Shown here one piece after another: positions 45,156 through 54,322 of a stretch of 64,000 bases of DNA. The translations under genes and the position numbers were made by a program. The stretch is from the NCBI GenBank assembly GCA_964247055.1, contig OZ176060.1:992001-1056000 (forward strand), given 5' to 3'. Source of the DNA: Paragordius varius. Lineage: Eukaryota; Animalia; Nematomorpha. Under the pieces are notes generated by a model, which was not told the DNA's origin, made no database searches, and saw only the letters and a list, made by a program, of their open reading frames with translations. Numbering within the stretch: the stretch's first letter is position 1; each line of letters opens with the position of its first letter.

Positions 45156-46864
45156 CGGTAAAATTTATATTCTACCGAAAAAAACGTAAAAATATAAAAA
45201 CAAATATTTTATCTAAAAGACAACCATACTTTTAAAATTTATATTTTTATAAATATATACCATTTACAGTTCAAATTTACCCTTAAACAATTCAAATTCA
45301 TCCTCAAATAAAATATATGTTTTTTAAGATAAAAAATTACCAATATAAAATATATTTTTATAAATAAAAATTTCTATATACTTGATTTATATACCATTAT
45401 AATTCAAATTCATCTAAAATAAAATATATGTTTTTTTCAAAATATAAAATACCTATATTTTAATATATTTTTAAAAAAATAAAAATGTAACTGAAAAAAT
45501 TTATATACCATTACAATTCAAATTCACCCTTAAATAATTCAAATTTACCCTTGAACAATTTAAATTCACAAAATATATGTTTTTTAAGATAAAAAATTAC
45601 CTATATTTTAATATATTTTAGAAAAATAAAAATTTTGTTTTAAATTAAAAAATTTATACCATTACAATTCAAATTCACCCTTGAACAATTCAAATTAATT
45701 CTTAAACAATTAAAATTTACCCTAAAAAAAGAAATTATGCGTTTTAGAAACAAATATAACTTATTAATTTTATATGAAATATATCTTTATGGCGCATAGT
45801 TTATTATTTTTATTTAAAACAAAATTTTTATTTTTTAAAAATATATTAAAATAAAGGTAATTTTTAATCTTAAACGAAATTTTAAAAATATATATGAATA
45901 TATTAATAATTTTTAATTTCAAACAAAATTTTATTTTTTAAAATATATATTAAATAGTAGGTAATTTTTTATTTTAAACGAAATTTTATGTTTAGAAATA
46001 TATTAAATATAGGTAATTTTAATATACCATTTACAGTTCAAATTCACCCTTGAACAATTCAAATTCTGACCTTAAACAATTAAAATTTACCCTAAAAAGA
46101 AATTTTGTGTTTTAGAAACAAATATAACTTATTAATTTTATATGAAATATATCTGTATGGCGCATAGTTTATTATTTTTATTTAAAATATAAATTTTTAT
46201 TTTTATAAAAATATATTAAAATAAAGGTAATTTTTAATCTTAAACGAAATTTTAAAAATATATATGAATATATTGGTAATTTTTAATTTCAAACAAAATT
46301 TTATTTTTTAAAATATATATTAAATATAGGTAATTTTTAATCTTTTGAAAAAACATATATTTTATTTGAGGGTGAATTTGAATTATTCAAGAGTGAATTT
46401 AAATTGTAATGGTATATAAATCAAGTATTATATAGAAATTTTTATTTTCTAAAATATATTTAAATATAGGTAATTTTTTATCTTTTGAAAAAACATATAT
46501 TTTATTTGAGGATAAATTTGAATGTTTAAGGGTAAATTTGAATTGTAATGGTATATAAATCAAGTATATATAGAAATTTTTATTTTTTAAAAAATATATT
46601 AAAATATAGGTAATTTTTTATCTTTTAAAAAAACATATATTTTATTTGGGGGTGAATTTGAATTGTTCAAGGGTGAATTTGAATTTTCATATATATAACT
46701 CATTGTTAAAAACTACAAAGTATTGTAAGAAATTTTTATTGGTAAATCAATCAATATTTTTTTTAATAAAATGTTTTTATAAAAGAAATAAAAAAAAGTA
46801 TGGTTGTCTTTTGAAAAAAAAAAAATTTTTACATTTTGTCCGTATAAATTCACAGTTTTCACAG
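45156..46864 (+). mobile_element. Element C copy 9 (internally rearranged, longest)
   Basis: TA|CGGTAAAA ... TTTTCACAG|TA. It has inverted ~130-bp subunits at ~45300-45700 and a duplicated central segment (~45720-46020 and ~46080-46330). Confidence 0.8.
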
Positions 46865-47474
46865 TATTTGTTTTAAAACAAAACACTTTTTTTTTCTTGA
46901 TAAATCTCTATAGGATAGAAATTTCAAATTATAAAACTCGAAAAAAATAAGTAAAAGGAAATAATCTAGAAATTGAAATTATTATTAAAAATAATATTAT
47001 TTATTCTCTGAAATAAAAACTTTTTTTAATAAATCTCTTTAGATAGAAATTTTAAATCAAAAACTCGAAAAAATAAGTAAAAGGAAACATCTAATTAAAA
47101 TTGATAATTATAAAATAATATTATTCTTTAAATAAACTTTTATCTTAATAAGTTTCTTTTACTTAAAAGCTTCTGTATATTACAGCGAGTATAAACTTAA
47201 TCAAATATTTTAAAAACAACTTTTATTCTAATAGAAATTTCGAATTATAAAACTCGAAAAAATTGAGTAAAAGGATATAATCTAGAAATTTAATTTGATA
47301 ATAAATATAATATTATTCTCTAAATCAAAACACTTTTTTTCTTAATAAATATCTTTAACTTAAAAGCTTAATAATAAAGCGAGTATATACTTAATTATTC
47401 CTGTATTTCAAGTAAAAACTCGAAAAAAAGTAAAAGGAAATAATCTAGATATCGAAATTGTTGATAATACTATA

Positions 47475-48432
47475 CAGTAAAAATTTAAATTCTACAGAAA
47501 AAAAACGTAAAAATATAAAAACAAATATATTTTTATCTAAAAGACAACCATACTTTAAAAATTTATATTTTTATATATATATATACCATTTACAGTTATT
47601 GACCCTTGAACAATTCAAATTTACCCTAAAAAGAAATTAAAAATTAACCCTAAAAAGAAATTATGTGTTTTAGAAACAAATATACTTATTAATTTTATAT
47701 GAAATATATCTGTATGGCGCATAGTTTATTATTTTTATTTAATCCAAAATTTTTATTTAATACAAATTTTTATTTTATAAAAATATATTAAAATATAGGT
47801 AATTTTTTATCTTTTGAAAAAACATATATTTTATTTGAGGGTGAATTTGAATTGTTTAAGGGTGAATTTGAATTGTAATGGTATATAAATCAAGTATATA
47901 GAAATTTTTATTTTTTATAAAAATTTATTAAATATAGGTAATTTTTTATCTTAAAAAACATATGTTTTATTTGAGGGTGAATTTGAATTGTTTAAGGGTA
48001 AATTTTCAGTTATATTTTTATTTTTTAAAAATATATTAAAATATAGGTAATTTTTTATCTTTTGAAAAAAAATATATTTTATTTGAGGGTGAATTTGAAT
48101 TTTTCAAGGGTAAATTTGAATTGTAATGGTATATAAATCAAGTATTATATAGAAATTTTTATCTATAAAAATATATATTAAAATTTAGGTAATTTTTTAT
48201 CTTAAAAAACATAAATTTTATTTGAGGGTGAATTTGAATTGTTCAAGGGTGAATTTGAATTGTAATGGTATATAAATCAATTATATAGAAATTTTTATTG
48301 GTAAATCAATCAAATATGATTTTTACCTTTGTAATTTAATGTTTTTTATAAAAGAAATAAAAAAAGTATGGTTGTCTTTTGAAAAAAAATATATTTTTAC
48401 ATTTTGTCCGTATAAATTCACAGTTTTCACTG
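47475..48432 (+). mobile_element. Element C copy 10
   Basis: TA|CAGTAAAAA ... TTTTCACTG|TA. Confidence 0.82.
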
Positions 48433-50499
48433 TATTTGTTTTCTAAAACAAAACACTTTTTTTCTTGATAAATCTCTAAAGATAGAAATTTCAAATTATA
48501 ATTCTTGAAAAAATAAGTAAAAGGAAACAATCTAATTAAAATTTATAATAATCTAATTGAAATTGTTATTAAACACTTTGTTTCTTAATAAATTGCTTTT
48601 ACTTAAAAGCTTATCAATATTAAAGCGAGTATATACTACATTACTCAAACATTTTAAGACAAAAATTCGAAAAAAAGTAGTAAAAGGAAAGAATCTAATT
48701 AAAATTGATAATAATAATAATAATAATAATAATAAAATCTATGTTTCAGCGAGATACTTAATTACTTTTAAAACAAAAAGAAAAAGGTTTTTTAATCTAA
48801 AATATTCCTGTGGCTTCCTTGTTCGAGTTAGAACGAAAAATAAAAATTTCAAGTAAAAAACTCCAGAAAAAAAAGTAAAAGGAAACAATTTAGAAATAAA
48901 AATTGATAATAAATATAATAATAATATTAATGTCTGAAATATACATTTATCTTAATACGCTTTTTCTTAAAAGCTTTACAATATTAAATCGAGTATATAC
49001 TACTTTACTCAAGTTTTTTTTAAAAAAAGATTTGAAAAAATTAGTAAAAGGAATAATCTAATTTAAATTCATAATAATATTATTATTTGTTCTCTAAAAC
49101 AAAACACCTTTTTTCTTAAAAAACTCTTTTAGTTAAAAGCTTTTTAATATTAAAGCGAGTATATACTTAATTACTCAAGTATTTTAAAAACAAAGATTTT
49201 TATTCTAATAAAAATTTAAAGTAAAAACTCGAAAAAATAAAAAGGAAATAATCTTATTAAAATTGAAAATAAAAAATATTATTCTCTAAAATAAAGTTTT
49301 CTTGATAAAGCTTTTTAATATTACACTGAGTATATACTACATTACTCAAGTATTTTAAGAGAAAAAATTCGAAAAAATTGAATAAAAGGAAACAATCTAA
49401 ATCAAAATTTATAAAAATAATTTTATTCTCTAAAATAAACACTTTTTTTCTTTATAAATTTTTTTTTACTTAAAAGCTATCAATAGTAAAGCGAGTATAT
49501 ACTAAATTACTCAAGTTTTTTTTAAAAAAAATAGGTTTTTTAGATCTAAAATATATATTTAACTTTCTTTGCTTGAGTTAGAGCTAGAAATAGTAATTTC
49601 AAGTAAAAACTCGAAAATAATAAGTAAAAGGAAATAATCTAGAAATTGAAATTGTTAAAAACACTTTTTTTTAATAAATCTCCTAAGATAGAAATTTCAA
49701 ATGAAAACTCGAAAAAAATAAGTAAAAGGAAACAATCTAATTAAAATTTATAATAATCTTATTGATTGTTAATAACCACTTTTTTTCTTGATAAATCTCT
49801 TTTACTAAAGCTTCTAAATATTAAAGCGAGTATATACTTTACTCAAGATTTTAAAAGAAAGACTTTTATTCTAATAAAAATTTTAAATGAAAAACTTTTA
49901 AAATTAAAAGTAAAAGGAAATAATCTAGAAGATATTGAAATTGATAATAAAAATAATATAATTCTCTAAAATAAAAACTTTTTTTCTTGATAAATCTCTT
50001 TTACTTAAAAGCTTCTTAATATTACAGCGAGTATATACTAGATTACTCAAGTATTTTAAAAGTAAGGTTTTTTGAATCCCAAATATTCATATAATTTTCT
50101 TGTTCGAGTGAGGGCGAAAAATAAAAATTTCAAAAAAACTCGAAAAAAATAAGTAAAAGGAAACAATCTTGAAATTGATAATATTATATTATAATTCTCT
50201 AAAATAAAACACATTTTTTCTTGATAAATCTTTTTTTGCAAAAGCTTATTAATATTACAGCGAGTATCTACTTAATTACTCAAGTATTTTAAAAACATTT
50301 TGTTCTAATAGAAATTCAAATTAAAAACTTGAAAAAATAAGTAAATATAATTAAAATATATAAATAATAATATTTGTTCTCTGAAACAACACACTTTTTT
50401 ATTTTTTCACTCTATTTCTCTCAAAATTTTATCAATATTAAAGCGAGCATTTACTATATTACTCAAATTTTTAAAAAAATGATAGGTTTTCTAATATAA

Positions 50500-51540
50500 A
50501 AACCATTCAAATTTACCCTTGAACAATTAAATTTTACCCTTAAACAATTTAAATTTATCCTTGAACAATTCAAATTTACTCTTGAATATTTCTAATTTAT
50601 TCTTGAACAAAAAAATTAACAAAAATTTAAATTCATCCTTGAACAATTTAACCCTCGAATACTTTAACACCCTTGAACAATTCAAATTCACCCTTAAACA
50701 ATTCAATTTCTTGAATATTCTCTTGAACAAAAAAATTACCGAAAATTCAAATTCACCTTTAATTTAAATTCATCCTTAATCAATTTTTAATTCACCCTTG
50801 AATAATTCATACTCTTGAATATTTCTAATTTATTCTTGAACAAAAAAATTACTGAAAATTTAAATTCGTCGAAAAATAATTCAAATTCACCCCCTCAAAC
50901 AATTTAAATCACCTTAAATAAATTATTATATGTTTTTTATGATTTAAAAATTACTTTTATTTTATAGTATATATTTCAAAAAGTAAATTTCTGTTTTAAA
51001 TTAAAATAATACTGACAAAATAATAAACTCTGCGCCGCCATAAATATATATTTTATATAAATATTGAGTTATAGTAATTGTCGGAAAAGCTTACTATTTT
51101 TTCAAGGGTGAATTTAGTTTGTTTATCCGGGTTAATTTGAATATTTTGAATTTTATTTGTTCGATAAGGTTGCATTTCAAGGATGAATTAAATTTTAATA
51201 AAATAAATTTCTATTCGTAGTAGAATTTAAAATTTTCTAGAGGTCAATCATATTGTTTTTTAAGTTTGAATAGTTCAACAGTAAATTTGAATTGTACAAG
51301 GAGGTGAATTTGAATCGTTAAGGGTGAATTTGAATTGTTTAAAGGTGAACTTAATTTATCAAGGGTAAATTTGAATTCAAGTTTGAGTTTTAATAGTTTG
51401 AGGGTGAATTTGAAATGTTTTTTAATGTGAATTTGAAATGTTTGAGGGTGAATTTAAATCGTTTGAGAATGGTGAGTTTAAATTAGTTTAGGGTGCTTTT
51501 AAATTGTTCAAGGAGGTTAATAAAATTGTAAATGGTATGT
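50500..51540 (-). mobile_element. Diverged, inverted element C relative closing the satellite array
   Basis: Many CACCCTTGAACAATT(C)AAATT repeats at 50500-50910 and an inverted centre (AATAATAAACTCTGCGCCGCCATAA, ~51018-51043). AGGGTGAATTTGAA repeats follow at 51100-51520. No CAGT/ACTG outer ends were found. Confidence 0.7.
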
Positions 51541-53145
51541 TTAAAAGTTATAAATTTATACATTTCCTTATATTTTTATTTATATTTTATAAAAAAATAA
51601 TTTTTTTGGCATTTTTAAAATTAAAACAGCAAAAATTGTCTTGTTTGGAAACGTAGTGTGTTTTTTTCAACCGCGTGTATAGTTTTTGGTTCCGGTTAAC
51701 TGAAAAATCTTTCAAATCAACCTTAAAAAAAGCTTCAAACAAGTATTTTTCTATATTTTAATATTTTTTAGATTTATAGAATATTCTGAGTATAGTTAAA
51801 TAAATTTGGACGATTTTAAGCAAACTAGAAACATAAAACACTTTTGAGCAGGTATTTTTTTTAAATTTTAATAGTTTTAGTATTTGCAGTTTTTGAAAAG
51901 TTTTCAACGATCAGATCAAATCACAAGCTTTTAAAAAAACTTTAAAGGTATGTTTTATAAAAATTATTTTTTGAAATTCCATAATTTTAATTAAATCAAG
52001 CAATATTTTCTTAAAACACTTTGGAAACAAAAGAGTTTAAAAAGCTTTAAAAGATCTTATAGTTCTTTAGAAAACTTTCACACAATTTTAATTTTTAAAA
52101 ATAACTTTTGAATTTAAAGAATTATATTTTTTGAGTTTAACTCCTGAAAAAATTTTAAACTTTGAACGATTTGGTATGAATAATTTGAATTGTATAAACC
52201 ATTATTAAAAAATAATATTAATATTTTTATTTTAATTTTATCAAAATTTATTAAATAAGTTTGAATTATTTTAATATATTGTTAAAATAATATTTTTGTG
52301 TTTTAATAAGAAAAGTTTTCAAAATTACTTAAAAATATATCAAAAATTTTTTAAATAATATAACATTTGTTGATTTTTTTTATTTATTATAACATATATT
52401 ATTAATGGCGCTTTTTAGAATAAATTTAAGTTTTTTATCATTTTAATAAAAAACGACATTTTAAAATAAAATTTTATAATTAGTTTTTCAAGTTTTGTAA
52501 TATTTTAGCTTATTACTTATTTATGTATGCATATATATATAATTGATTTTTAAATTTTTTTCCTTATATTTAAGGATTTTTAAAATAAATTTATTACTCA
52601 GAAGATTTATAATTATTTTTAAATTATTTTAGCAGCCGATTTTGAAATGAAAATCAATATATATATTTATATATATATTTGATCAGACGATTATATAAAT
52701 TTAAAATAGCAGACGAACATTTAGAATCATAATTAAAAAGCCGAACATTTTAAACCATTAATTATAAATTTTATTAAGTTTTCAAATTTATATCTAATTT
52801 TTTTTAACAATATATAATAAATAGCAGACGAACATTTTAACTATAAATTTTATCAGATTTTTATATAATAAATAATTTATTACATAATTTTTTTAAACAT
52901 TTTTAATTTTTTTAGCCAAAAAAATAAAAATAACCGACTAGAATTAAAAATAAAGTAGCAAACGAACATTTTCAATCATAAATAATATAGCCGAACATTT
53001 TAAACCATTAATTATAAATTTTATCAAGTTTTAAAATTTATATCCAAAAATTTTTTTAACAATATATAAATTCTTAAATAGCAGACGAACATTTTTACTA
53101 TAAATTTTATCAGATTTTTATCTATAAAAATATTTTATTATTTTA

Positions 53146-53935
53146 TTTTTAGCAAAAAACTAAAAAAAATGGCTGATGAAGATTTTGAACAAGCAGACGA
53201 ACATTTTAAATATTTTTTATATTTCCAACATTTTATAATTTTTTAAACTTTTTAATTTCTTTTTTATTTTTAGCAGAAAAACTCAAAAATAATGGCTGAT
53301 GAAGATTTTGAACTATTTCAAATATCTCTAATTTTTTTTTATTACTAAATTTATTTTATTTCATATATATATGTTATCATATTTTTATATTTATAAATTT
53401 TTTTAACAATTTTAATTTTTTATTACTAAATATAATTTTTTTCTTTATTTATTTTTAGCAAAGAAAACTAAAAAAAATGGCAGACGAAGATTTTGAATTA
53501 TTAAAAAAGCAGACGAACATATATATCATAAATTTTATAGCAGACGAACATTTTAAACGATAAATTTTAAGTTTTAACAAATGTTTATATAATTTTTTCA
53601 ATTTCTTTTTCAATTCTTTATTTATATTAAATATATATATTCTTTTATTTTTTCCATTTCTAACATTTTATAATTTTTTAAACTTTTTTAATTTTTTATT
53701 TTCTATTTTTAGCAGACCAATAAAAAATGGCCGACTTGAAAAAAAATTAAAATAGACGACATTTGATTTTAATTTTATCAAATTTAAATATCTTTCAAAA
53801 AAAATTTAAATTATATTCGTATATTTTTTTAAACATTTATAATTTTTTTTTAATTATCTAATATTTTTTTAAAACTTTAAATTTTTTTTATTATTTTTTA
53901 CAGCAAAAAAAATGGCTGACGAAGATTTTGAACTA
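53146..53935 (+). pseudogene. Five decoy copies of the eIF5A acceptor + ATG + first codons
   Basis: Each reads ttttagc/tttacagc..aaaaATGGC(T/A/C)GA(T/C). ATGs are at 53169 (MADEDFEQ), 53292 (MADEDFE), 53477 (MADEDFE), 53727 (MAD) and 53912 (MADEDFE), and each runs into AT-rich sequence. Confidence 0.88.
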
Positions 53936-54124
53936 TAAATTTTAAACTTTATCAAATTTTATCATATATTATTACTTTTTTTAACATTTTAAATCCTTAT
54001 TTTTACTAAACTTAAATTTTTTAAACATCTTTAATTTTATAAATATTCATATTTTCTTATTATCTAATTTTATAAAATTTAAAAATATATATACTCTTTA
54101 TTTTTTAGACATTTATATTTTCTT

Positions 54125-54146
54125 TTTTTTAATATATTTTTAGCAG
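54125..54146 (+). promoter_or_regulatory. 3' splice acceptor (tandem TAG/CAG) 14-17 nt before the eIF5A ATG (5'UTR intron or trans-splice acceptor)
   Basis: A T-rich tract followed by tatttttagcag|actaacaataaaaaATG. Confidence 0.6.
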
Positions 54147-54160
54147 ACTAACAATAAAAA

Positions 54161-54322
54161 ATGGCAGACGAAGATTTTGAACAGGTGTGCTCAGGGGCGT
54201 CTGAAACATTCCCCATGCAATGTTCAGCTTTGAGGAAAAATGGCTTGGTAGTTCTTAAAGGACGTCCCTGTAAAATTGTTGAAATGTCAACCTCTAAAAC
54301 TGGAAAACATGGGCATGCCAAG
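54161..54322 (+). CDS. eIF5A: eIF5A coding exon 1 (54 codons)
   Basis: ATG at 54161; ends GCC AAG|gttagt. Confidence 0.95.

Larger units (their letters stand above)
23506..50490. repeat. Satellite B block 2
   Basis: Same monomer as block 1. The last degenerate core is AAGCGAGCATTTACTATATTACTC at ~50441-50464. Confidence 0.95.
52630..54150 (+). repeat. GCAGACGAACATTTTAAAC motif array upstream of eIF5A
   Basis: More than 10 copies (e.g. 52709, 52824, 53081, 53193, 53509, 53540) within degenerate ~130-250 bp tandem units. Confidence 0.85.

Noticed and set aside
3710-50241. Short ORFs inside satellite B (e.g. 3710-3898, 24833-25090, 33630-33827, 36203-36409, 43007-43204, 48557-48856, 49257-49442, 49766-49969, 50056-50241) with recurring NVVYTR / KRVYTTLL peptides
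   Set aside because: They are chance translations of the repeated core. They are K/N/F/I/L-biased and most monomers carry stops or frameshifts.
3415-50490. CRISPR-like pattern of a conserved ~35-bp partly palindromic core with intervening sequence
   Set aside because: The intervening segments are homologous to each other and 100-200 bp long. No cas genes are present and the context is eukaryotic.
3415-50490. Hammerhead ribozyme or CENP-B box in the satellite monomers
   Set aside because: I found no CTGANGA..GAAA core with flanking stems and no TTCG....A..CGGG match by eye. A covariance-model search would be needed to exclude divergent forms.
50527-50767. Overlapping ORFs 50527-50730 (-) and 50561-50767 (+), plus ORFs 46646-46876, 47458-47640 and 48336-48530
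   Set aside because: They arise from the frame-neutral 21-bp repeat or from other parts of element C. None resembles a transposase.
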